From Chiloscyllium plagiosum (Eukaryota): a stretch of DNA of 64,000 bases. Under the pieces are notes generated by a model, which worked only from the letters and a program-made list of their open reading frames with translations, had not been told where the DNA came from and searched no databases. Position numbers and translations under genes: made by a program. Numbering within the stretch: position 1 is the stretch's first letter; each line of letters opens with the position of its first letter. Below are positions 1 through 12,993 of the stretch, piece by piece. The stretch is taken from NCBI RefSeq assembly GCF_004010195.1, contig NC_057751.1:12195508-12259507 (forward strand). Reading direction: 5' to 3'.

Positions 1-345
1 TTAGAACTGGAGATGACTTGACGATGGGAGGGGGAGGATCCAGTTGTTGTGATTCATGTGGGTACCCATGATGTAGCCAGCAAAGAGGTTCTGCACAGTC
101 AGAGTCAGAAACTAGGCATCACATTAAAAACAGAACCTCAAAGGTCATCATGAATTGATTATTATCCCAGCCATAGCTAATGTGCTACAGACAAATAATA
201 TTGAGAAAATTAATTAGTGGCTGAATGACTGGCATGGCAGTAGAAGGTTCTGTCTGATGGGGCACTGGCACCAATAATAGGGCAAGTGAGAGCTGTCTCA
301 TTGGGATTGTCTACACCTGAACCATGCTGGAGTTAGTGTTTACAG
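1..345 (+). mobile_element. Degenerate CR1-type LINE ORF1 fragment (SGNH/GDSL esterase domain)
   Basis: Manual translation gives GEDPVVVIHVGTHDVA near 31-78 and WDCLHLNHAG near 302-331. These resemble the VHVGTND and DGLHLN blocks of CR1 ORF1 esterases; the frame is broken. Confidence 0.7.
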
Positions 346-2497
346 CATTCACTGAGATGAGCAGGCAGCAAGGATTTGGGATGATGCCTATACTATTTGG
401 ATCCGACATGGGTTAAACTTGGTTCACCATGTCCAGCACTTGTATGTGAAGCTATTCAGCCTCTATTGCATTCCATGGGATACGCTGCAGCGTATCTAAA
501 CCCTTCCTATTCATGTACCATCCAGCTGCCTTTTAAATGTTGTAATTGTCCCAGCCTCCACCACTTCCTCCACCACTTCCTCCAGATCTAATTTCCAACA
601 TGTAGAAAATTAAGCAATATTTACGTACCTGAGAAATTGCCTCCTAAGTTATCAGAACAAATTTTAAATTTATGAAAGAGATGACAGAAATAAGTAACAC
701 AAAATATTATGATCTCAATTGTGATAAACATCCTGTTCGGCAGTCTGATCTGACAAATATTTTTCTAACCCAATTCTACCAAGAAGAATTCCATGTCCCT
801 GGAATATTCTATGCCTACCTCTCCTGTAACCTTTGACTCAGCACAAATCATGAAATGTAGATCGTATTGACAGAAAATTAATTTTAAATAATTTATTTAA
901 TTACATCAGTAACTAATTTTGAAAAAAATAAATTTGCTAGGCTTAAGAGCTGAGATAGTGATACAAGATACATTTTGCCAGTGTACAGACTTAATTTCTG
1001 CACACATAAAATATTCTAAGGGCTTGCAAATATCAAGACAGCTGTGGCATTTTTAAACAAAACACAATTATTTAAATTGTAGCCTGATTCCCTGAACATA
1101 AAAAAATTACAAGCAGTAATTTCGAAGAGGTCAGATAATCTTAAACATTCATGACTTTGTTACTACAAGGTAAAATAAACTTCATGTTCAAAAATATCAA
1201 GAGAGTGAACTGAAACAGCAAATAAAAATGAAACACATTATAAATGCAGTTAATGAGCAAAAAGTGTTAAAACAAAAGCAGAATAAATGTACCATATAAA
1301 ATTTGAAAAAAGGAAATGAAAGCTGTGCCATTAACAATAAAGTTGAGAAATAAATATTGCATGTTAAATTTAAAATTAATCCATAGAATATTTATGAAAA
1401 TGAACAAGGAAAACATTTTGCAATACATTAATCTCTACTAAAAGAAAACCTTATTAGAAATGTTAAAATGAAACAAATAAAAGGACAAATCAATTGAAAA
1501 TACATTAAGGTAATGAATTCACCACTGAATGAGATCAGAATATAATAATAAAATTTAAATGGATATGCAAAGAACATTATTCATTATATTCCCAATCTTG
1601 CCATATGACATGACAGTAATGATTATTACTGAAACCTGTTATTTCAATTAGAACATTGATTGTAGGATTATGACTAGTAATGACATATCAAAATTGGATG
1701 CTGCTTCACACCAAACGACGTCCTGCCCAAAATGTACAGCTGATCATATATCTTGCATTTTCTCTTGTATTCAAACTAATGGATAGAACAAATAAAATTC
1801 TCTTGACTGCAGATTGGTTAGTGTGCAGGTTGGTTAGTGTGCTTTCTGAAAGCATTAGCTTTGATATGATTCTGTCAGAAAAACAAACAGGCAAAGATGG
1901 ATGAGCAAAACTTGAACTTAAACATAAAGGATGCTTAGAAAGCTTTTGAAAGTGGGAGTGAGATAGCAAGGCTCACAGACATAGGAAGAGAATGCCAAAG
2001 ATTAATGGCTGAAAGAGTGGCTACAGAATGGAGAACAGAGAAGTACTGGGGAAATACATGGGCAGGAACCATAAAAGCTGGAGTTACGTGCTGAGACAGA
2101 ATGGACAAAACTCATGGTGGACTTTGCAATGCAGGAAATTTTCTTTCCTGATCTCAAGGAATCTTAATTGCCAAGAATCAAGCGAAGGCATTCAAAACTG
2201 AATCCTATAATAATCACTAAAGCAACCTGAGGACAATTCACCCACTGTTTGATTAACTTAATTTTACATTCCTTTGATTCAACATCTCGGTATCTTTTAC
2301 AAATGTCTCCAACCTGGACATGTTGAGCCGAATATCCGAATGGAGTAGCGTGACTGAACTAATGACTGGCAACTCTATGATGTCATGCATTCATTCACTG
2401 AATAGACTAAACCATTACCCTACAGTGCCCTGCCATGGTACTCAGTAAGGCTATGCTATGAACTTGAATTCCACGTACGTTTATTTCAAAGATTTAC

Positions 2498-2710
2498 CTC
2501 TGAGTGCTTCAGGATCTAGGGTCTGACCGAGCTGTTCCAATAAATCAGCTCGTGCTGCATTCTTCTTGTGTTTCTTCCCATCGTAGTGCTGTTGGGCCAT
2601 CATTGGATTATTAAACCAGGCATTACAGAGTTGGCAGAACCTGTCTGAATCTCTTCTCTGTCGTGATGGGTTTGTTATTGGACTGGGCTTTGAGGAAATC
2701 TGCTTTGGTT
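2498..2710 (-). CDS. ZMAT4: ZMAT4 internal coding exon (matrin-type C2H2 finger: [51 protein letters not shown])
   Basis: Lies within ORF 2481..2786 and closely matches the recalled vertebrate ZMAT4 third finger. Pyrimidine tract with acceptor ctcacag|AA at 2711/2710 and donor AGAG|gtaaat at 2498/2497. 213 nt, phase 1-1. Confidence 0.93.
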
Positions 2711-2839
2711 CTGTGAGGAGGAGAAAGAATAATAGAATTAAATAGAGAAGAAAATCATCATGCTGTTTCATTGAGTATTCCAACACAATGATTAGTTTTT
2801 AATTCACATTATTGTATATATTCACATTATTGCAGTAGG

Positions 2840-3900
2840 AAGGCGTTGGCTTAATGGCACTGTCGCTGATCTATTAACATAGAAAATTCAGCTCATGTTC
2901 TGGGGGTACAAATCCCTCCATGGCAGAAGGTGGAATTTGAATTCAAAAATGATGATCATTAAACCATGAGCTAATTGAGTAGAATTGAATTAGCTTTTTG
3001 CCACATGTACGCATAAGTTTACAAGTTGCCACTTACGGCACCATGTTAGGTACGAAGGTGCCTAGGTACAGATTCTTGAGTACAAGTCTGCAGGGAAAAA
3101 AAACGAAATTACAAAAAAGAGAAATTATTCCATTTCATGAGTCTGGGCTTGAGGAGCCGGCCCGCTATGTTGGAATCCAACCATGCTGAAGAAAAGCTGC
3201 ATGGAGTCACAGACTGACGCCAAAACCACCAGAAGGAAATCCAGACCGACACTGAAAGTCACCACCAAACATGCTGAAAGGAGTCCCAGGCCGGTCATTG
3301 GAATCCCAGCCCTGGATCCACTTTGTCTTTAAAACCACTGCTGAACCAACTTAGTCAAAGGACCCACTAGGATGTGTCCACGAGAAACCACTGGATCCAC
3401 ACTAGCATTATCCACCATAGTAGCCTCTTGGAGCCTCCTTCTTTACTCAAAGGTCGCCAAAAGAAGGTCAGATGAACTTGATGCTAGAACAAAAATATGA
3501 AGAAGAAAGGATGCAGCAGGCCTGGTGATAGAAGCAGAAGAGCCATGAGCTTGAACACTTATTAGCCCAAATGCATTGCTGGGGCAAAGCCCACCTGGCT
3601 CACTAGTGTCCTTCATGAAAGGAAATCTAGGAGAAAATGAGGACTGCAGATGCTGGAGATCAGAGTTGAACGTGTGGTGCTGGAAAAGCGCAGCAGGTCA
3701 GGCAGCATCCGAGGAGCAGGAGAATTGATGTCCCTTCACTAGGAAAGGAAATCTGCCACTCTCACCTTGTCTAGCCTAAATGTGATTCCAGACCCAAAGC
3801 AATGTGACTGACTCTAAACACTCAGTTGAAGAGCAGCTTGGGATGGTCAATAAGTGCTGGCCAGCCAGTGATACCCATATCCCTCAAGGGGATTAAAAAT
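2840..3900 (+). mobile_element. Shark SINE split by later insertions (head ~2840-2975, body/tail ~3580-3900)
   Basis: Head segment aatccctccatggcagaaggtggaatttgaattc. The body ggaaatctgcc...gtgattccagaccc...aatgtgactgactct...gctggccagccagtgat also occurs at 11178-11335 and, reversed, at ~24570-25000. Confidence 0.55.
3629..3742 (-). mobile_element. Short Penelope-like terminal fragment (family A) with 12-bp TSD
   Basis: Same terminus as at 15603 and 43933 (gagaaaatgaggactgcagatgctggag...gtggtgctggaaaag). Flanked by gaaaggaaatct at 3617-3628 and 3743-3754. Confidence 0.75.
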
Positions 3901-5361
3901 TATATATTGTAAAACAAGGAAACCATTAACTAGACCCCTTTCATGGCCATGTCAACCTCTTTGTTTCAGTTGTCTAAAGTCTGGTTTCAGTTTTCAGTTT
4001 GCCAGTACGCCCTAACAATTATGTGTGTGGTTTAGTTGCACACATATTTTAGAACAAGTGAAGAGGGCAAAAGTAAAGTGCATAACTTCTGCAAATGTTA
4101 TAACAATTACACATACTTTTCTTGACAGTTTTCTCTTGCCTGTCAATGGTCTGGACTCGCAAAGCTAAAAAAAATTGTTAATTGCATCCAGCTCAGTAAG
4201 AAAGCTTCAGGTCAATCCACATCCAACAACGTGCTCTGAAAACTCTCCACACATATTGACAGCTTTTGGAAAGCAATAAGGTTAACATCAGAAGTAAGTA
4301 TAATGATGTGATCATTTCTTTTATTCACTCATGGGATATGGGACATGGGCTGGAATAACATTTATTGCCTGTTCCTAGTTTCCCTTAAGAAGGTGGCATG
4401 AGCTGCCTTCATAAATTGTACTGTCGGTAAACCCACAATGCCTTTGGGTGGGGGATGGGATTTTGACCCAGCTCAGAGCCACAGGATTAAGTAGAGAGAT
4501 CTGTATAGGAGCAAAAGCTAGAATCTAATCAGTTGCAGAGACAACTCATGGAGAGATCAAGCCATAAATGAAGAGTTCTTGCATAAAATTCCACAGTCTC
4601 CAACAGCATGACTTTGGAGACTCAACAGGATGAGACCTCAAACACACAACAAAACTGACATGACAAGATGTAGTTCAGCAGCTTCTACAGTACACAATAT
4701 TATAAACAACTGAAAACTTTCTCAACAATACAACCTACAACATTCTAAAACAAGAGTCAATTTGCCTTATCTCAAAATGTTAATAGATACTTTCAAAAAC
4801 ATCCCAGGGTGTCACTCCAGATGTTCAACCAAAGTCAATTTGTTCCTTCTGAAGTCTTAAACTAACTGTGTGCCAGGTGTCAAAATCTGTGTCTGAGAAT
4901 GTTGCTTACAAATGGATGAACAGACAGGGATGGAAAGGTGACCTCCAGGAAACAGAACCAAATATAGAGTGCTAAGTAGAAGCCAAATTTTATAGAATGG
5001 TGTGGAGTGTTGGAGTTGGACTGGGGTGGACAAAGTTAAAACTCACACAACACCAAGTTATAGTTCAACAGGTTTATTTGGAAGTACTAGCCTTTGGAGC
5101 GCTGCTCTTTCATCAGGTAGCTGTGAAGCAGAATCAAAAGACACAGAATTTATAGCAAACGATCAGTGTCATGCATGCAACTGATACGATATATTGAATA
5201 AACCTAGGTTGGTATTGAGTCCTTCATCTTTTAGAATGAGTTGCAGGTTTCAATTCATGAACATGTAAAACCCAGTACTTCTTTCAAATCACATTCTTGA
5301 GATAACTTAAGGCTTTATGAAAAAAGGTGACATCTCAGCTCAGACAATGCATTAAAACTAT

Positions 5362-6510
5362 GAACATAGAACATTACAGCGCAGTACCGGCCTTTTGGCC
5401 CTCGATGCTGCACCAACCTGTGAAATCAATCTGAAGCCCATCTAACCTATACTATTCCATTCTCATCCATATGCCTATCCAAAGACCATTTAAATGCCCT
5501 TAGAGTTGGCGAATCTACTACTGTTGCAGGCAGTGCATTCCACATCCCTACTACTCTCTGAGTAGGGAAACTATCTCTGACATTTGCTCTATATCTATCA
5601 CCCCTCAATTTAAAGCTATGTCACCTCGTGCTGTCCATCACCATCTGAGGAAAAAGGCTCTCACTGTCTACTGTATCTATTCTGATTATCTTATATGTTT
5701 CAATTGAGTAATTTCTCAACCTTCTTCACTCTATTGAAAACAGCCTCAAGTCCCTTAGCCTTCCCTCATAAGACCTTCCCTCTGTTCTAGGCAACTCCCA
5801 AGTAAATCTCCTCTGAACCCTTTCCAAAGCTTTGACATCCTTCGTCTAATGAGGTGACCAGAACTGTTCACAATACTCCAAGTGTGGCCACACCAGAGTT
5901 TTGCACAGCTGCAGCATGACCTCTACTACTAAAAGCTAACACACCATATGCCTTCTTAACAACCCTATCACTTGGGTATCAACTTTCAAAAATCTATGTA
6001 CATGGACATCGAGATCTCTCTGCTCATCTAAACTACCAAGAATCTTACCATTATTCCAGTACTCTGCATTCTAGTTATTCCTTCCAAAGTGAATCATCTC
6101 ACACTTTTCCACATAAAACTCCATTTGCCAACTCTAGCCCAGCTCTGCAGCTTATCTATGCCCAGCTGTAACCTACAATATCCTTCTGCACTATCCACCA
6201 CTCTACTGACCTTAGTGTCATCTGCAAATTTACTAGATAAAAACAATGACTGCAAATGCTGGCAACCAGATTCTGGATTAGTGGTGCTGGAAGAGCACAG
6301 CAGTTCAGGCAGCATCTGAGGAGCAGTAAAATCGACGTTTCAGGAAATGCATATACACCACATCCACCATACTTTTAAACACCAACACCAACCAACCTGA
6401 GCTTTGCCCTCAACCACCTGTTTGGTCACCTTCTCAGAGAGCTCAATAAGGTTTGTGAGGCATGACCTACCCTTCACAATACTGTGTTGACTATCCCTAA
6501 TCAACATATT
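5362..6510 (-). mobile_element. CR1 LINE 3' fragment
   Basis: SKFADDTKVSRVVDSAEGY in ORF 6094..6315; CR1-type 3' end with (tatgttc)n-like tail at ~5362. Confidence 0.8.
6237..6345 (-). mobile_element. PLE terminal fragment (same subfamily as 61088-61308) inserted in CR1
   Basis: aaaaacaatgactgcaaatgctgg...gattctggattagtggtgctggaagagcacagcagttcaggcagcatc...atcgacgtttcagg is nearly identical to the arms of the 61-kb element. Confidence 0.75.
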
Positions 6511-6935
6511 CCTGAGAGTTTGTCTGTATTGAGTCAGACTGATTCTATTTCCAAAGTAGGAATTTTAAAGTTTTACCTGGATTGATTGACTGCCTGCAGA
6601 TTGTGTCCCTTTTGAACAAAATAGAATATATCAGCAATCACAATTCTGCAAATACAAATTCACCCGATAGACCTATGTGTGTGCACGTGCATTTGAGGGA
6701 GACAGGGAGAGAGTGAGAGAGAGGGCGAGAGAGAGAGCAAGAAAGAGAATGTGTGTGTGTGTGTAAGCATGCAAGTGTGAGTGCGTGTTTGCATGTGTAT
6801 GCCTCTCAGAGGGATATATGTGTGTGCGACTAAGAGAGAGCATGTTTATGAGAGCGGGTCGGTGTGAATGTGTAAGTGTATGTGTATGTGTGCCTGAGAG
6901 AGAGTGTGTCTATGAGCGAGTGTGTGAGTATACAA

Positions 6936-6970
6936 GATAGATAGATTATAGATAGATAGATTAGATAGAC

Positions 6971-7002
<32 letters not shown>

Positions 7003-7346
7003 TTAGATAGATTTAGATAGATAGATTACTTACAGTGTAGAAACAGGCCCTTCGGCCCAACAAGTCCACACCGAAGCGCAACCCACCCATACCCCTACAT
7101 TTACCCCTTACCTAACTCTACGGGCAATTAAGCATGGCCAATTCACCTGACCTGCACATCTTTGGACTGTGGGAGGAAACCGGAGCACCCGGAGGAAACC
7201 CACGCAGACACGGGGAGAACGTGCAAACTCCACACAGTCAGTCGCCTGAGGCGGGAATTGAACCCGGGTCTCTGGCGCTGTGAGGCAGCAGTGCTAACCA
7301 CTGTGCCACCATGCCGCCCACAACCACTGTGCCACCGTGCCGCCCA
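6936..7346 (-). mobile_element. HE1-type V-SINE with (GATA)n tail
   Basis: Minus strand reads as a tRNA-like head (tggcacagtggttagcactg; B-box-like ggttcaattccc), then the V-domain gtggagtttgcacgttctccccgtgtctgcgtgggtttcctccgg. CR1-like tail and a gata microsatellite at 6936-7026. Confidence 0.9.
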
Positions 7347-9261
7347 AGAGTGTAAGTATAAGTGTGTGTGTGCCTAAGAGAGAGCATGTGTATGAGAGGG
7401 TCGGCGTGAATGTGTGAGTATATAAGAATGTGTATGTGTGAGAGTGTTTGTTTGAGTGTGTATAGTGTGGTGGGATCACCTGTAGTCTGACACGAACCCA
7501 AGGTCCCGGTTGAGGCCATCCTCATGGGTACCGAACTTGGCTATCAGCCTCTGTTCTGTCACTCTGTGTTGCTGAGTATCCTGAAGTGCACCTTGGAGGA
7601 TGGTCACCCAAAGGTCTGAGGCTGAACATTCCTGACTGCTGAAATGTTCCCCGGCTGGGAGGGAACATCCCTGATTGGCAATTGCTGCTCAATGTCCATT
7701 CATCCGTTGTCGTAGCATCTGCTTGATCTCACCAATGTACCATGCCTTGGGGAAACCTTGCCTGCAGCATATGAGATAGACAACATAGGCCGAGTCACAT
7801 GAATGCCTGCCATGTACATGGTGAGTGGTGTCCTCACGTGTAATGTCGACACTCTGACACTTCTTGCAGTGGTTGCCATGACAGGGTTGTGTGGTGTTGT
7901 AGTAGATGTTCACAGTTTGCTGCGAACAATGATCTGTTTAAGGTTTGGTGGTTCTTTTAAAGGTGAGAAGTGGAGGCATGGGGAAGGTCTTGGCAAGGTG
8001 TTAATTCTCATCGATAATGCATTGCAGGCTGCAAAGAACATGGCACAGTTTTTCCACTCCCGAGAATTACTTGACAACAATGGGTATCATATTGGTCGCA
8101 TCCCATGTCTGTCTCCTGAGGAGGTAATTACAGTTTCTCTTTGTAGCACATCAGAACTGGCGATCGATGAGTTGAGCATCGTACCTTGTTCTTATGAGGG
8201 TGTCCTTCAGCACCTTCAGGCATCCATCGTTTTGCTCCTCATTTGAACAGATCCTGTGTATGCATACAGCTTGTCCATAGGGTATGGATGTTTTAATATG
8301 TTTTAGTGTGGAAGCTGGAGAAGTGTAGTATTGTGAGGTTATCCGTGGGTTTGCAGTAGAGTGAGGTACTGAGGTGCCCATCCTTGATGGAGATGAGTGT
8401 GTCCAAGAATGAGATAGGTGCTAAAGAGTAGTTCATGGTAAGTCTGATGGTGGAACGAAACTTGTTGATATCACTGTGTAGTTGTTTCAGTAACTCCTTG
8501 CCATGGTTCCAGAAGAAGGAAATGTTGTTGATATATCTCGGGTACAGTGCTGGTTGGCGGTCCTGTGCAGCAACAAAGTCTTGTTCGAACTTGTGCATGA
8601 AAATGTTGGCATATTGGGGTGCAAATCTGGTCCCCATGGCTGTTGTGTGTGTCTGGATGAAGAACTAGTTGTCAAAGGTGAAAACATTCAGGTCAAAGAT
8701 GAAGCAGATGAGTTGTAGAATGGTGCTCAGAGATTGGCAGTTGTTGGTATTGAGTACTGAGGCTATTGCAGCGATGCCATCATTGTGGAGTATGCTGGTG
8801 TAGAGTGCTGAAACGTCCATTGTGTCGAGGAATGTTCCCGTTTCGACTGGTTCGTGGATGCTGAGTTTCTGTAAGAAATTGTAGTGTCGCGACAAAAGCT
8901 CAGGGTCCCTGTACAATGGGTTTCAAGATGCCCTTGAAATATCCAGAGAGGTTCTCACACAGGGTTTTGTTGCCTGACATGATTGGAAGATCAGGTGTGT
9001 TGGCTTTGTGTATCTTTGGAAGGCAGTAGAAGTACCATGGGATGAGAGTGCATAGGGAGCTCTGTAGGACTGGATGACTGGATCAAAAGTCTTGATTAAT
9101 CTGTTTAGTCCATGGGTGTGCTCTTTGGTCAGATCAGCCAATAGTTGCCTGTAATGTTCCTGGTTGTTCAGTTGTCAGTACACTTCCTTGCAGTAGTCCA
9201 CTCTACTCTGAATGATGATGGCTCCTCCTTTATCTGCTGGTTTGATGACAATGTTGTGATT

Positions 9262-9354
9262 ATAGTCCAACAGGTTTATTTGGAAGCACTAGCTTTTTGG
9301 TGTTGTGTGATTTTTAATTTTGTACACCCCAGTTCAACATTGGTATCTCCAAAT
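9262..9354. mobile_element. 93-bp rearranged family-B PLE terminal insert with 12-bp TSD
   Basis: Reversed piece (9262-9293) plus forward piece (9297-9354) of the family-B terminus. Flanked by aatgttgtgatt at 9250-9261 and 9355-9366. Confidence 0.8.
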
Positions 9355-11492
9355 AATGTTGTGATTGGTTTTGAGTGCATTGATGGCATTGTGTTGTGAT
9401 CGGGTGATTTTTTGCTCTACCTTGTGGGTGCGGCTGATGAATCTGGCACTTACACATTTCCTGACGGTCTGAGCATACATGTCAAGCCCAGGGCAGTGGC
9501 CCTATGGAGTCAAATTGACTCCTTCTTTGGTCTTTTCACGACGTATCTCTCTGATGACTGATCCGGTTCATCAGTTGTCTCATTGGGATCGCTGCTGACG
9601 TCTTGGAAGAATTCTCTGAGTCTCATTCGTCTGATGAATTCCTCCGGTGTCTGAATAAAACTGTTGGACTGTAACCTGGTGTTGTGTGATTTTTAACTTA
9701 ACAGAATGGAGTCTTCCTGTTTTTGGGGTATCCCAATGGCTGCATTAAGCACAACTCAACCCCTGAATATCAATTCCTATTGTCCATACCAACTACCAGT
9801 GGAGGACTCTCAATTCCCTTGTGACCATTAATTTTCAATGCCATGTTCACATTGCCATGATTGATGCAGTATCATTAAAAGTTTTATGTTGGTGCAATAT
9901 GAAACTTAACTTTGCTGACAGGAGCAAGAAGTATATAATATCAGGATTGTACAGCTCCAATCTAATATCCAGATATGACACAATAGACCAGAATGATCCA
10001 GTCATGACAGTATTTCTGTCATCTCACTTAACTGCTGATATAACTCAAACTCCCACATTCAACAAACAATGCATATCTAGGTAACTGAGGATGTTGCAAA
10101 TAATTATTCTAGTGCACAACAGATCATTGGACTTGCTCTGATTTGCACCTCATGTTGCATATTTACATTCTCTTGAAATTCTGCATCTGTACACAGCTGC
10201 ATATTCACGATGGCAGTATCTGTAAGCCCTCCTTGTTTGTAAAGAAGATCTGATACATTTTGGAAGAGTAATAAGGTTGGCATTAGAACCTAGAAGGTTG
10301 GAACTTATGCCTCAGGGCAAGAATGATAGTTGCTGGAGTGAGATTTGCAGTGGAGAGCCAATTAATGAGGAATTGAACCTTGATGGTAACACCAACCTCT
10401 TCGATACAGTTGGAACAGACATGGCATATATTTATTGGCCTGGTGCATACAGGGTAATTGTTTTCTTTGGGTGAAACATTTCAAAGTGAAATTGGGGTTT
10501 ATCTCTCACCTGACTCACCAAACAGCAAAGGCCAGTTTCTGATGATTTGGTGCTTTCTTCTCCACTCCATGTTACTTTATTTTTAGATACTGAGGGTAGC
10601 ATAGAAAATGAGCATCTAATTTACTTGAAACTTATCAGTTATAATAAGATTGCAGAGATTGGAGACTCTTTTCATCTGACATTTTTGCATAATTAACAGC
10701 AAGATAAATTAATTCTTTGCTTTTACACAAAGTCTGAAAGAATGCAATTAAACTGAGTCATCAAATAATTCATGGACTATTTGGAAGTTGCCTTCGGTAA
10801 TGTAATTAAAAGTCAGATATACAATACACTGATTTTCCCAGCAGATACTTAAAAGAAACAAAAGCTGTGTGCTTATACAGCTTCGCATTTCACTGAACGT
10901 GGAAGGGCACACACAGATTGGCAAAAACAATTCCTCAGCAAATTAGTTTGTATTCTTCTGAACTGTGCTCACTTGTGAGATGGTGAGAGCTACAAGGTAC
11001 TGTTTCCAACAGGGGAAAATAATGGTCACTTCCAAAATACATGTTATGATGGACATTGAATTACAGGTGTCTTAAGTTATAAAAGCATCCTTACATCTCC
11101 AAGGTCTTAAAAAAAATCTAACCCCTAATTAGCGGAATTAAAGCATTTTTTTTTGCCCGGCTAGTATTTAGTATACTTAAGGGAAGGAAACTGCCATGCT
11201 CACCTGGTGCTGCCTACATGTGACGCCAGACCCACAGTAATGTGACTGACTCTGAATTTCGCTCAGGGCAATTAGGGATGGGCAATAAATGCTGGCCTAG
11301 CTAGTGATGCCCACATCCCATGACTGAATAAAAACAATTCCTTGTTAATCTCTATCGTCAGGGTTACAAATTAAAAAAGCCAGTAATTTGACACAAGTTG
11401 GGAGTATTCCAGAGAAATGAGAAAAATCCATGTGATCAAACAGATGAGGGCTCATCTACAATTTGAGTTAAGACGCATTGTTGGGGTTGAGT

Positions 11493-12993
11493 TGTAAAGT
11501 GTGGTGCTGGAAAAGCACAATAGGTCAGGCAACATCCAAGAAGCAGGAGAGTCAACTTCTCGGGCATAAGACCTTCATCAGGAATGTGCCAGGGCGAAGG
11601 GAGCTGCGAGATAAATAAGAGGGGAGTGGGGCTGGGAGGCGGGAGGTAGCTAGGAAAGTGATAGGTGGATGCAGGTGGGGGTGATGGTGATAGGTTGGAG
11701 TGGAGAGTACAGGTGGGAAGGAAGATGGACAGGTAGGACAGTTCAAGAGGGCAGTGCCGAGTTGGAGGGTTGAATCTCGGATGAGGTGGGGGAGGGGAAA
11801 TGAGGAAACTGGCGAAATCGACATTGATGCTATGTGGTTGAAGGATCCCTGGGTGGAAGATGAGGCATTCTTCCTCTGGGCATTGGGTGGCTAAGATTTG
11901 TTGAGGGAGGAGGCCCAGGACTTGCATGTCCTTGGTGGAATGGGAGGGGGGGTGTTGAAGTGGTCAGCCTCAGGGCAGTGGGGTTATTTGTTGCATGTGT
12001 TCCGGAGATGTTCTCTGAAACGTTCTGCAAGTTGGTGTCCTATCTCCCCAACGTAGAGGAGACCACATCAAGAGCAACGGACATAGTAGATGAGGTGTTT
12101 GGATGTGCAGGAAAACCTCTGCCGGATGTGAAGGATCCTTTGGGGCCTTGGATGGTGGTGAGAGGGCAGGTGCGGGTGCAGGTTTTATACCTCTTGCGGT
12201 GGCAAGGGAAGGTACTGGGAGTGGAGGGTGGGTTGGTGGTGTGCTCGGACCTAACGAAGGTGTCGTGGAGGGAATGGTCTCTGTGGAATGCTGATAGGGG
12301 TGGGGAAGGAAATATATCTCTAGCGGTGGGGTCTGATTAAAGGTGGTGGAAAAGGCAGGTGATGGTTGTTGTATCTGGAGATTGATCAGGTGGAAGGTGA
12401 GGACTAGTGGGAGGGTCTATCTTTGTTGCTGTTGGAGAGGTGGGGTTAAAGAATGAAGATGTGGCAACTGAAGAAGTTGTGATGGAAGGAATTGTTGACC
12501 ACATGATCTACTGTGTCTGTTGCTCTTGATGTGGTCTCCTCTACATTGGGGAGACAAGATGCCAACTCGTGGGACATTTCAGGGATCATCTCTGGGACAC
12601 ATGCCCCAAACAACCCCACCATCCTGTGGCAGACCATTTCAACTCTCTCCTCTCGCTCCGCCAAGTTCATGCAAGTCCTGAACCTCCTGCATTGCCAAAT
12701 CCAAGCCACCCTACGACTGGAGGAAGAATGCCTGATCTTCCGCCTTGGGACCCTCTCACCACACGGCATCAATGTTGATTTCACCAGTTTCCTCTTCTCC
12801 CCTCCCCCCACCTCATCCCAGATCCAACCCTCCAACTCAGAGCTGCCTACCTGTCCATCTTCCTTCCCAACTATCCACTCTACCTTCCACTCCAACCTAT
12901 CGCTGTCACTTTCCAAAATGTCGACTCTCCTGTTCCTCGGACCAGATGTGCATTTTGATTCTGATCTCCAGCATCTGCAATTCTCACTTCCTC
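11493..12993. mobile_element. Family-A PLE insertion made of two oppositely oriented 3' arms (GIY-YIG region plus terminus)
   Basis: Minus arm ~11493-12470 and plus arm ~12510-12993 both translate to MQVL.LL...EECLIF..G.L.P..IN.DF. Flanked by cattgttggggttgagt (11476-11492) and cattataggggttgagt (12994-13010). Confidence 0.8.

Larger units (their letters stand above)
5003..9700 (-). mobile_element. Degenerate Penelope-like retroelement (family B): RT, GIY-YIG endonuclease and terminal repeat, interrupted by CR1, HE1 SINE and short inserts
   Basis: RT pieces: MDVSALYTSI (8665..8916), MGTRFAPQYANIFM...RYINNI...YCKPTD (8293..8637), SIPYGQA (8151..8381). GIY-YIG piece: VVYLICCRQG..WYIGE...RMNGH (7689..7913). 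Terminal repeat with HHR remnant at 5003-5160 and an inverted copy at ~9655-9700. Confidence 0.8.

Noticed and set aside
2711..2786. Hydrophobic N-terminus ([13 protein letters not shown]) of ORF 2481..2786 as a signal peptide
   Set aside because: It is the translated polypyrimidine tract upstream of the splice acceptor.
6690..7026. Regularly spaced repeats suggesting a CRISPR-like array
   Set aside because: Simple GA/GT/GATA microsatellites in a vertebrate genome; no repeat-spacer structure.
7240..7320. tRNA-like sequence
   Set aside because: Head of an HE1 SINE, continuous with the V-domain; not a tRNA gene.
11549..11586. Hammerhead motif in the minus arm; also 18061-18095 and 44028-44060
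   Set aside because: Core or stem II mutated (GAGA for GAAA, broken stem, CUGAUGC/AAAA). Kept only as relics, not called as ribozymes.
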